This document shows, piece by piece, positions 44,620 through 53,418 of a stretch of 64,000 bases of DNA (the first letter of the stretch is position 1; each line of letters starts with the position of its first letter). Position numbers and translations under genes: made by a program. This DNA comes from a virus (taxonomy: Duplodnaviria; Caudoviricetes), in the IMG/VR virus record IMGVR_UViG_3300031993_000053, positions 1 through 64,000 of that record. One strand, 5' to 3'. Below the pieces are notes generated by a model, which had not been told where the DNA came from, made no database searches, and was given only the letters and a program-made list of their open reading frames with translations.

Positions 44620-45798
44620 TTAAAATACTTCTCCAGAAATTACAATCTTTCTGATAGAATATGAATCAGCAATTAATACAAATACTTTTGGTAATTGACG
44701 AGCAGCTTTTTCAGCTGGTGTTAATGTTGAGAATGGTAGCATACAAACTTTATATCCAGTATTTAATACTTCATTTGTACCAACAATACGATATCCTTCA
44801 TAATATAAATCTGGATCTGTCCAAACTTTTCCAGGATTTAAATATCCATTTGATACAAATGAATTTAATTGAGCTGAAATAGTATTTAATACTAAAGCTG
44901 AACCAGTTGCATTATATTTAATTTTACTTGCAAGTAATGCAACAAGAGAATCTGTTAAAGCTTGATGTAATACTAATAACATAAATTGATTTGTTAAATC
45001 ATAACCAGCTGTATCATTACCACCTAAATTTTTAATTTGTGATGCTAATTTTGATACAATATTCATATCTAATAAAATTGCTTCTGTTACAATACTATTT
45101 TCTTTAAATACATAACCAGCAATACTTTCGTCAAAAACTTCTGTTGTAAAAGCATAGTCTTGAGCTGCATTTGATTTATATACATTTAATTTTGTATAAT
45201 ATGCAAGAACAGCTGCACCAACACCTAATTTACCATATTTTAATACATAATTTTCAATTGATACAACTTTTACACCTTCATTAATATATGCAGATAAATC
45301 TGATGTTGTACCATTTACATATGGAATTTCACAAACAAATATTTTTTGATATATTTTTTCATTTTCATGAGCTGTATTCCATGCACTAAAGATTGTTCTA
45401 AATAATGTATCACAATTTGTTGCTGCAGTTTTAGCTGTTACACCAACCATAATATAATTACTTGGTAATTTTTCTAATTCTGCATTTACAGCTGCTTCAG
45501 TAGGAGTATAAGTTCCACCTGATGTTTGAGAATTTGCATAAGCACCAAAATCAGATTTAATTACATATAATTTACTACCACCATTATTAAAAAATGAATT
45601 AATATATGTAGCAATATCACCTAAATTTGCATCTGTTGCAGATATTGCTTCTTCTAATAAATAATATGCTGGAGTAAGAGTTGCTGTTGCACCTTCAACA
45701 AAATATAATAATGCAGCTGTATCATAAGTTCCAAAACCATGCGATACACTATGATTTTTAATTGTAATATCAACAAAGTTAGTTAATTTTAAATCCAT
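44620..45798 (-). CDS. tail sheath protein (DUF3383-like)
   Basis: FVDITI start; LHQALTDSLVALL...G...NGYL.PG...GY...R.LP...LIADSYSIRKIVI.G. Confidence 0.75.
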   Translation of the reverse strand: MDLKLTNFVDITIKNHSVSHGFGTYDTAALLYFVEGATATLTPAYYLLEEAISATDANLGDIATYINSFFNNGGSKLYVIKSDFGAYANSQTSGGTYTPTEAAVNAELEKLPSNYIMVGVTAKTAATNCDTLFRTIFSAWNTAHENEKIYQKIFVCEIPYVNGTTSDLSAYINEGVKVVSIENYVLKYGKLGVGAAVLAYYTKLNVYKSNAAQDYAFTTEVFDESIAGYVFKENSIVTEAILLDMNIVSKLASQIKNLGGNDTAGYDLTNQFMLLVLHQALTDSLVALLASKIKYNATGSALVLNTISAQLNSFVSNGYLNPGKVWTDPDLYYEGYRIVGTNEVLNTGYKVCMLPFSTLTPAEKAARQLPKVFVLIADSYSIRKIVISGEVF

Positions 45799-45813
45799 AA
45801 TAAATCTCCTTTA

Positions 45814-46347
45814 TTAATATCCTTCATCTAATAATTGATGAACACCATTTAAAATATCTTTTTTAAAATCATCATCAGCTATTAAATTAGTTAATTTATT
45901 TTCATAATACCAATCCATAAAATCGCCATCATCTTCATAAACTTCTTCTAAAGTTTCATATCCTTGAATATTGCCCTTGCCATCAAACATAAAATATTTA
46001 TGCCAACCTGGATTAAAATCACCATAATATACTTTTTGAGCAATAGTAAATGGTTTTTCATTACTAAACCAATCATCAAACTCATCAATACTTACTGGAT
46101 AATCATAATTATTTTCTTCGCAATATTCAACATAATCATTATAAGAAGGTGACTCAATTTGATCTCTCAATATATTAATCATTCCATTTTTAAAATTAAC
46201 TGCACCAGCAGATTCATATGCTGTTAATTGGAAGCATAATTCTTCAGGACTAATATCTATATCATTATCAGATAGCATATCTTCTAAATATTCTTTATCT
46301 TCAAATTCAATTTTAAGATCAGTATCTTTAATTATTTTCTTTTTCAT
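45814..46347 (-). CDS. highly acidic protein (DNA-mimic candidate) with IKDT leader
   Basis: very D/E-rich; YGDFNP...YF.FDG.GN. Confidence 0.7.
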   Translation of the reverse strand: MKKKIIKDTDLKIEFEDKEYLEDMLSDNDIDISPEELCFQLTAYESAGAVNFKNGMINILRDQIESPSYNDYVEYCEENNYDYPVSIDEFDDWFSNEKPFTIAQKVYYGDFNPGWHKYFMFDGKGNIQGYETLEEVYEDDGDFMDWYYENKLTNLIADDDFKKDILNGVHQLLDEGY

Positions 46348-46891
46348 TTTTATCTCCTGTTATAATAATAAGTTCACCAGTTTTTTCAATAAATGGAATA
46401 TTAGAAATTGCTTTAATATTATATCTAACAATAATAGTAATTTCTAAATCACATCTTGGCCATACAGTATTATTAAGAAATTCATTAATCGTTTCTGGAA
46501 AAGATATATTTTTTGCCCATATACCTTTTTCATATAAATCCATTATAACGCTTTCCATTTTAAATCTTGAAACTAATTTTTGTGATAATTCATGGCAATG
46601 ATTTCCATAAATTTTTAATAATAATTTATATTCACTAACATTGTCTGAAGAATCATTTGGATTTTGTAATATTATATTATTTTCAGAATCTTTATTTTCA
46701 AGAAGTTCAAAAATTATAAATCCATCATTTAAATTTAGTGATGTTGATTCATTATCAGAAATTAATTTACTTAATGCTGGACCGCGAACACTTACCGCAT
46801 TAATAACACTATTTCCATTTAATTCAGATTGTGTTATAATTGCTTCTCTTATTTTTATGATTAAATCTGTATATGTAATATAAGGAATCAT
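46328..46891 (-). CDS. tail terminator / neck protein
   Basis: position; ETINEFLNNTVWPRCDLEI resembles E.I.....R..L. motif. Confidence 0.6.
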   Translation of the reverse strand: MIPYITYTDLIIKIREAIITQSELNGNSVINAVSVRGPALSKLISDNESTSLNLNDGFIIFELLENKDSENNIILQNPNDSSDNVSEYKLLLKIYGNHCHELSQKLVSRFKMESVIMDLYEKGIWAKNISFPETINEFLNNTVWPRCDLEITIIVRYNIKAISNIPFIEKTGELIIITGDKNEKENN

Positions 46892-47298
46892 ATAATTTTC
46901 TCCCCATTAAGATATTCTAAATATTCTTTAAAATCTACATAATTATTAAGATTAATCATTCTAAGAGTAGCTTCTCTTACACCCCATTCATCATAATCAT
47001 GAACAGCATCAACATGTAACCACCTATTTTTATAAAATATAAAATCACCAATACCAATACGATATATGCTTCTACAATAAAATTTATATTCCATATTTTC
47101 AGTATTACCACTAAGTGATTGTTGTAATGTTGATCCTTGTGTTTGAAGAGATCCATTAATTATATTTTTAGTAAATTTTGTTATAATTTTTCCAAGAGCA
47201 TTAACTTGAACCCCAGAAGTAACATACCAGTCATAGTTGAATGCAAATTCGGCAATTGCATCATTAAAAAAGTTAACATCTATAACATGGTTTTGCAT
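46888..47298 (-). CDS. head-tail joining (stopper-like) protein
   Basis: I.GSLQ...GDFI.YKNR.L.V....DY..WG. Confidence 0.65.
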   Translation of the reverse strand: MQNHVIDVNFFNDAIAEFAFNYDWYVTSGVQVNALGKIITKFTKNIINGSLQTQGSTLQQSLSGNTENMEYKFYCRSIYRIGIGDFIFYKNRWLHVDAVHDYDEWGVREATLRMINLNNYVDFKEYLEYLNGEKII

Positions 47299-47304
47299 AA
47301 TTAG

Positions 47305-48192
47305 TTATCTCCTATTTTTTAATGCAATAACTGATCTACTTCCTTGAACGGTTGGAACTCCTTCTGGTCTACTAATATGAAAAGCATCAAAATATAATTT
47401 ATTATATAAATCTTTTAATGTTTGATATTCACTATTTAATCCTGCCGCTAAATAAACATTCATATAATCTAAATATAGATGCATGAATTCTTTTAATTGT
47501 TCTTTATTAAATTCACTAATAAATTCTTCTGCATTATTATAATCATTTTCCATATTTTCTTTTAATGCTGTATATTCATTTAATAATATTTTTTTAGCTC
47601 CAGCTTTCTTTTCAGGATCTCTTGATTCTAACCATTGAGCTGCTTTAGCAATATTATCAGCTGAAAAATATGGATCTGGTTTTAATGAATAGCTCATTGT
47701 TGGTTCTGCAATAGGAACATCTTCAATTTTAACATCTTCAACTTCATCAGTAATTTTAAAGATTTCTTTTATTTGAGCTAATTTATCAGATAATTCTTTT
47801 ACTTTATCTTGATATTTAGGATCTTTTGCTTTTGCAACTTCATCAATTAGTTTTTGATAATCATTAATAATATTTCTTAATGCAGTTGGATGGAATTTTT
47901 TATACCATTTATCATGATTTAAATCTGCTTCCATATCCATTTCAATATTTCTAATTTCATAATCTAATTGCTTAGGATCAACAACTTCACCTTTTTTAAT
48001 AGCTTCTTTTATTTTACTAACATGAGAAATCATATTACTTTTTGGAGTGATAGAAAAACTTGAATCATTATATTTTTTAGCAATATTCATTGCTTTATAT
48101 GCTTCGTTAAAAATCTCTTTTTTAGATTTATTTTCTGAATCATTAATTTCTACTGTATATCCATTTTTAAATTTAATCTTATAATTTTTCAT
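47305..48192 (-). CDS. multi-module head-associated protein
   Basis: INDS, YNDS, TDEVEDVKIED motifs; directly after the major capsid gene. Confidence 0.7.
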   Translation of the reverse strand: MKNYKIKFKNGYTVEINDSENKSKKEIFNEAYKAMNIAKKYNDSSFSITPKSNMISHVSKIKEAIKKGEVVDPKQLDYEIRNIEMDMEADLNHDKWYKKFHPTALRNIINDYQKLIDEVAKAKDPKYQDKVKELSDKLAQIKEIFKITDEVEDVKIEDVPIAEPTMSYSLKPDPYFSADNIAKAAQWLESRDPEKKAGAKKILLNEYTALKENMENDYNNAEEFISEFNKEQLKEFMHLYLDYMNVYLAAGLNSEYQTLKDLYNKLYFDAFHISRPEGVPTVQGSRSVIALKNRR

Positions 48193-48210
48193 TAGTATCT
48201 CCTTAATTTA

Positions 48211-48258
48211 ATAAAAGGGCTAAACAGACTAAACCAGTTAGTCTAAATTTAGCCCTTA
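48211..48258 (-). terminator. intrinsic terminator after the major capsid gene
   Basis: AAGGGCTAAA-TTTAGACTAA..TTTAGTCT-G-TTTAGCCCTT + T-tract on minus strand. Confidence 0.8.
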
Positions 48259-48293
48259 AACTGTTTATAAAATTTTATTTATTTTATTTTAAA

Positions 48294-49418
48294 TTAGTCA
48301 GTGAAATCCCAATAAGTTACAACACCTAATTCAGCAGAATTTGTGTTATAAGGTAATTGAATTTCAGATACTTGACCAACGAAAGCAGTTGTATAACTCA
48401 TCTTGTCGATGTTAGGTAAAGTAATGAAATGTTGAATTGGATAAGGAATATCGATTCTTACGAATTGTTTATTCTTACGATATGCAACGATACGGCCTTT
48501 ACCAGCAGCACCTAAATCATTTAATGCAGGACGACCTTCAATAGTAATCTTAACTTCTTTACCAGATTGAGCCATTGCTAAGTTATGTTCAAGAATGAAG
48601 CTATACAAGTTGCTTGTATATAATGGACTTGAACGGCCAACTAAATCGCTCATAACGAATGTTGGAACTAAGAATGTATCTGGAATAATGTTAACGTTCA
48701 TGTTAGAGTCTCTTAAATAAGTTTCAATTAAACCATTAAAGAAACCAGTAACAGCATCATCAGTTAAACCAGCAAAACCTTTATCAGTTGTAGCACTGTT
48801 AACAATTGTATTAACTAATACATTATCGCTATTAAATAAACCTTTAGCATTATGAATGCCAGTGTAAGCAACATCTTGAACGAATAAATCCCAACCAGCA
48901 ACAATTGCATTGTTGTAGATATCTTGAATTGATTTTTGAAGAGTGATCTTCTTCATCTTTTCTAATTCAACAAAACGTAAATCATAAGCAACTTCATATG
49001 TATAAACGTTAACTCTCATTTGGTTAAGACCAGCATTTACTCTTGGAATGTAGTTAGCATTATTACCAACAACATTTCTAAATTCATTCATAATACCAGC
49101 CCAGTTAACTGTATAGAATTCTACATAATCAACGAATCCACCACCAGTGTCAAATGGAATATCTTTTTGCCATGTAACAAAGTATAATGGTTCATATAAT
49201 TGCTTATGTAATTTAGCTAAAGTAGTAGATAAGAATGCGAAGTTAGCATCATGAATAGTGCTGTCACCAACAAAATTCTTTCTAATCTTTGAGCTATACA
49301 TATCACTTAAAGAAATAGTTTTTCCTCTTTGAGATGCAGAAACAGCATCAGCGAAAAATTTAGAAGGGATATCTGCAACAGGTGTGAAAGCAGAATTTGT
49401 ATTCATATTTGTCATCAT
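48294..49418 (-). CDS. major capsid protein (HK97 fold, DUF2184 / encapsulin-like)
   Basis: FL...L..L...LYEPL...IP...Y..AY.....EL.......D..AY.G...GLFN...PDT.L.P. Confidence 0.85.
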   Translation of the reverse strand: MMTNMNTNSAFTPVADIPSKFFADAVSASQRGKTISLSDMYSSKIRKNFVGDSTIHDANFAFLSTTLAKLHKQLYEPLYFVTWQKDIPFDTGGGFVDYVEFYTVNWAGIMNEFRNVVGNNANYIPRVNAGLNQMRVNVYTYEVAYDLRFVELEKMKKITLQKSIQDIYNNAIVAGWDLFVQDVAYTGIHNAKGLFNSDNVLVNTIVNSATTDKGFAGLTDDAVTGFFNGLIETYLRDSNMNVNIIPDTFLVPTFVMSDLVGRSSPLYTSNLYSFILEHNLAMAQSGKEVKITIEGRPALNDLGAAGKGRIVAYRKNKQFVRIDIPYPIQHFITLPNIDKMSYTTAFVGQVSEIQLPYNTNSAELGVVTYWDFTD

Positions 49419-49433
49419 CTTTATTTCCTCCTA

Positions 49434-49952
49434 TTATTTAATAACAATCTCAGCAATATATTTTGGACTAGATTGAGTTCCTTGGTTTTCATAAACACCT
49501 GTAAAATACCAACCAGGAACATCAGTAGCACCACTTTCACCATGAGTAGTTAGGTGACCATATTTAGATGCTGTATTTAAAATAACTGCAACAGCTGCAC
49601 CTTCTTTAATATTAGAAGTTGTAGGAGCATCTAATTCTACTGCTAAGTAACCTTTTAATAATAAATTGAATCCTTCACCAACTGCAGTTTCAACTTCTAC
49701 ACTTGGACCAGCAGGATAAGTTGTAGCTAATTTAACGTTAGTTCCAACTACAAGACCAGCAATGTCACCAACAGCACTAATTGTAGATGTAGGAACTTTA
49801 TATTCACCAGCAACAGAACCAAATACAACAACATCACCGAAATGAGCCGCTACAGTTCCACCTAGCATACCACCTTGAACATCATACTTATCAGAAACAG
49901 TTGGAAAACCCTTTAATAATTTTTGAATAGATTTGTTAATAATTAACCCCAT
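49434..49952 (-). CDS. capsid decoration / cement protein
   Basis: GFPT.....G......FG..V...G..V; immediately upstream of the MCP; start refined to 49952. Confidence 0.7.
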   Translation of the reverse strand: MGLIINKSIQKLLKGFPTVSDKYDVQGGMLGGTVAAHFGDVVVFGSVAGEYKVPTSTISAVGDIAGLVVGTNVKLATTYPAGPSVEVETAVGEGFNLLLKGYLAVELDAPTTSNIKEGAAVAVILNTASKYGHLTTHGESGATDVPGWYFTGVYENQGTQSSPKYIAEIVIK

Positions 49953-49957
49953 ATATT

Positions 49958-50494
49958 TTATTTTCCTCCATATCTTTTTGCCCATGCAAGAGCAATTTCA
50001 TCAGTTTCGTCATCTTGACTATCTTTTACTCGTTTTTCAACGGCACCGAAAGATTTCTTAGAATCATGAGTCATTTCATCTTCACATTGATCATCAATGA
50101 AGTCTTCTTCTTCGTCTTCCTCTTCAGAGATTTCAACATCATCTTCTTCATTTAATTCTAATAATTGTTCATCTTTCTTTTCTTTTTCTTCCTCTTTATC
50201 ATCTAAATCAGCATCTTCATCGTCTTCATCTTTTTCAACTTTTTCTTTTGCTTTTTTAGACTTAGGATCTTCAACTAATGCTAATAAATCTTCAAATTTC
50301 TTAGCTAATTCCTTTAAAGCCTTTAATTCTTCTTTAGTAAAATCAGCTTCTTTTTCTTCGTCTTTTACTTCTGGCTTTACTTCAGGTGATTTAAATCTTG
50401 GCTTTAAAGCTAAAGAATCTTTTTTGTTAACAATAAATGTGTTACCTTTATTATCAGTAACGCGAATAGCTTTAACTTTCATTTTTTCCTCCAT
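49958..50494 (-). CDS. scaffold-like acidic protein
   Basis: E/D-rich low complexity; THDS, VKDS motifs; C-terminal AWAKRY helix. Confidence 0.6.
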   Translation of the reverse strand: MEEKMKVKAIRVTDNKGNTFIVNKKDSLALKPRFKSPEVKPEVKDEEKEADFTKEELKALKELAKKFEDLLALVEDPKSKKAKEKVEKDEDDEDADLDDKEEEKEKKDEQLLELNEEDDVEISEEEDEEEDFIDDQCEDEMTHDSKKSFGAVEKRVKDSQDDETDEIALAWAKRYGGK

Positions 50495-50525
50495 TTTAAA
50501 TCTAATTATATTATAGCGTATTAAT

Positions 50526-51038
50526 TTAATTTCGTCTACTTTCTGACAAAATAATTTTACATTTTATATAATTTTTTAATTGCCTTAAATCATATAAATA
50601 TTTATTTTCATCTTCAACATTTAATAAATTTGCAAGGTTAGCACTTGTAGTAACAATTTGTTCCATTTTTGATTTAACATAAATTTCAGTTTTAATTGCA
50701 AATTCATTTAATCTTTTCATTATGTCATCTTTAGTCCAATTATAAGTTAATACACCATCTATTATTTTGTCAAGCTCATTATCTAAATTAGTAGAAATAT
50801 AATACATACAATTATCAAGAATTGGCCTTGCTGGAATTGTAAGCGTCCCATGTTCAGTTAAATACATAATATCACCAACTTCCATTTGGATTTGAGAAGT
50901 TGTTTCATCAGTATTTAAAATATTTACTGTAACAGATTTAATTGCATCTTCAGTAAATATACCAAACTCAATACTAATTCTTGATAAAAAATCTATTGTA
51001 TTTAATTGTTTTTCAAAATCAGTTAAATCAACGTTCAT
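50526..51038 (-). CDS. neck / tail-completion-like protein
   Basis: I...EHGT..IPARP.L motif. Confidence 0.55.
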   Translation of the reverse strand: MNVDLTDFEKQLNTIDFLSRISIEFGIFTEDAIKSVTVNILNTDETTSQIQMEVGDIMYLTEHGTLTIPARPILDNCMYYISTNLDNELDKIIDGVLTYNWTKDDIMKRLNEFAIKTEIYVKSKMEQIVTTSANLANLLNVEDENKYLYDLRQLKNYIKCKIILSESRRN

Positions 51039-53415
51039 CTGCTAATAACCACTGATTATAAATATCTTCATAAGTATAATCAGTTAATTCTGCTAATTTT
51101 TCAAAAACTCGCTCTCTAATAATAGAATCAGCATCTCCTCCTAAAAGTTCGTAAACATCTTTATAATTATCTAAACAATCAAATAAATCTTGGAATGTGA
51201 CATCATCATTTAATGTTTTACCAACTTCATCAGTAGGATATTGTGACATATACCATGATTTAATGTTTAAACTAAGAGGATCACTATCTTTAACTTGGCT
51301 ATCTTCTTCGTCAAGTGTTTCATTACAACTTTCTAGTTGTTTTTTTAACTCCTCACGAAGTTTTTGTTTTTGAGCTGCATACTCTTCTTTGTTTTCGTCT
51401 TTAACTTTATCGTTTAAATCTTCTAATTTTTTAAGTTTTTTCTCTAAAAGTTTTTTAGAATTTTTATAAAATTTTTCACGATAATTAGTAGAATCTTCAA
51501 CAACAAATTCAGTAGTTGCAATCTCTTCTCGTTTTAGATTCGTGTATTTTAATAAATACTCTACTACTTGATTAAGATTATCAAAATCATTAAATTCAAT
51601 AATCTTATTACCATCTTGAACTGGTGCTACATAATTATCATATGAAGTTCCTTTAATTTTTCCATTTTCACGGTAAACGACATATTTTTTAGTATCAACA
51701 GAATCTTTGGTACTTTCTACTTTTACTTTAATCCACTCATATTTACCATTTGAAGCCTCAACTTTTTCTGCATATTCTCTTGTAAATTTAGGAGCTTCTG
51801 GTTCATACAAAAATTGTGCACGGCCATTTCCAATCCAATATAATGCTTTTCCATCATGTTGAGTAGTTCCTTTTGCATAAATGACATATCGCGAATTGTC
51901 AATTTCTTCTTCTACTTTTTCTTCTGGCTTTGGTGGATTATTAATAAAATTAGAAATATCATCTTTTGAGTATTGTAAAAATACTGCTGAATCATCATAT
52001 ATAATATCGAAATCTAGATCATCTAATCTAGCTTCTCTAACTGCTCTAGTTGCATCTTCATAAGAAGCAAATTGAGCAATAATATAATTTTGTCTATCAT
52101 AACTATATTCTGGATTTAATTTACTATCAATAAATTCTTTATAATCAATTTCTTCAATAGAATCTTTAAATGCAACAACAACCATATTATCGAATGTTCG
52201 CATTAATTTTCTATATTCAATTTCATTAAGTAAATCTCTTTCATAATATTCATTAATCATGTCTCTAATTTCTTTTAATTTATCTTTACTTTCAGTATTT
52301 AAAAGCATCTTTCTAAATTTTGCATAGTCAACAGGATTATCTTGAGTTTGTTTTTTACCTATAAAATAAGCATTAACTTCATTAACTTTCCAATCACCAT
52401 CATCTTTAGTATATAAAGATATTATAAATATATCATTATAATCATCAAATGTAAAGAAATAATCTTTTCGATAATAACCATCACCCATTTTATTCCAGCC
52501 GTCAATTTTTTCTCTAACTGGCTTAAACCCCATTTCTTTAATAGGATTAATTATATCTTCAATACTAATATCTTTATCTACATGCTTAGAAATAAAATTA
52601 AAATATTTACTAAGTTGTTTTTTATCATTTGCTTCTAAAGATTTAGAATCAGAAAAAACTAATCTATTTTCTTTTTTAACTAAACTAAATGTTACCTTAG
52701 CATTAAATTTTTTAGCAATATCTTTTGCAACATCCATAACATGATCTTGCGCAATATTAGAAATCCATAAAGTATTTTCATTAGAATATTCTGTATTTAA
52801 GTCAGCATCACGTACATATTTTTCAACTTTTTCTAATTCATCTGATTGACCAATTACTCTTAATTCAATATCACTATTATCTTTAATTTTACTATCAATA
52901 ATTTTAGCAATACCAGCTCTACCTTGTTCACATAATGCAACATGATTTCCTCTAATATTAATTTGTTCTGGATTTTCACCTTCTGTAACATCGCAATCAT
53001 ATCCGCATGAAAGTTCAGTACGAATTCCATTTTCAATATCATCAATAGTTTGAGCATCAGTAATAACAAGATCACCAATCATAACATCTTGGCCATTAAA
53101 TTTTCCTTTACGAATATTTCTTGTATGACCAACTGAAAGTTCAGAATAATTTTCTGGAGTTACACTTTCATCTGGATGTTCAACAGTAATTGGTTTATCT
53201 TCAAATGATGCAAGAGTTTCAGCTGCAAATACTTGCTCTGGTTTACGATCAACCATAATAGGTTCATCAGCACCATTAAAATTAGGATAAACTTCTGATT
53301 TTAAGTATTCCTGTTTACCAGTACGAGCAAGAATTGCATCTTGACAAATTAAATATCCTTCTGGAGTTTTATATTTATGTTCACTTAATTTTGTTTTTGT
53401 TAAAATTTTTGCCAT
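51028..53415 (-). CDS. DUF2213-family prohead protease fused to ~600 aa of extra modules
   Basis: TPEGYLIC....ARTG.QEY...ASFEDKPIT.EHP...ELSCGY...NI.GNHVALC.QGRAG. Confidence 0.85.
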   Translation of the reverse strand: MAKILTKTKLSEHKYKTPEGYLICQDAILARTGKQEYLKSEVYPNFNGADEPIMVDRKPEQVFAAETLASFEDKPITVEHPDESVTPENYSELSVGHTRNIRKGKFNGQDVMIGDLVITDAQTIDDIENGIRTELSCGYDCDVTEGENPEQINIRGNHVALCEQGRAGIAKIIDSKIKDNSDIELRVIGQSDELEKVEKYVRDADLNTEYSNENTLWISNIAQDHVMDVAKDIAKKFNAKVTFSLVKKENRLVFSDSKSLEANDKKQLSKYFNFISKHVDKDISIEDIINPIKEMGFKPVREKIDGWNKMGDGYYRKDYFFTFDDYNDIFIISLYTKDDGDWKVNEVNAYFIGKKQTQDNPVDYAKFRKMLLNTESKDKLKEIRDMINEYYERDLLNEIEYRKLMRTFDNMVVVAFKDSIEEIDYKEFIDSKLNPEYSYDRQNYIIAQFASYEDATRAVREARLDDLDFDIIYDDSAVFLQYSKDDISNFINNPPKPEEKVEEEIDNSRYVIYAKGTTQHDGKALYWIGNGRAQFLYEPEAPKFTREYAEKVEASNGKYEWIKVKVESTKDSVDTKKYVVYRENGKIKGTSYDNYVAPVQDGNKIIEFNDFDNLNQVVEYLLKYTNLKREEIATTEFVVEDSTNYREKFYKNSKKLLEKKLKKLEDLNDKVKDENKEEYAAQKQKLREELKKQLESCNETLDEEDSQVKDSDPLSLNIKSWYMSQYPTDEVGKTLNDDVTFQDLFDCLDNYKDVYELLGGDADSIIRERVFEKLAELTDYTYEDIYNQWLLADER

Positions 53416-53418
53416 AAT

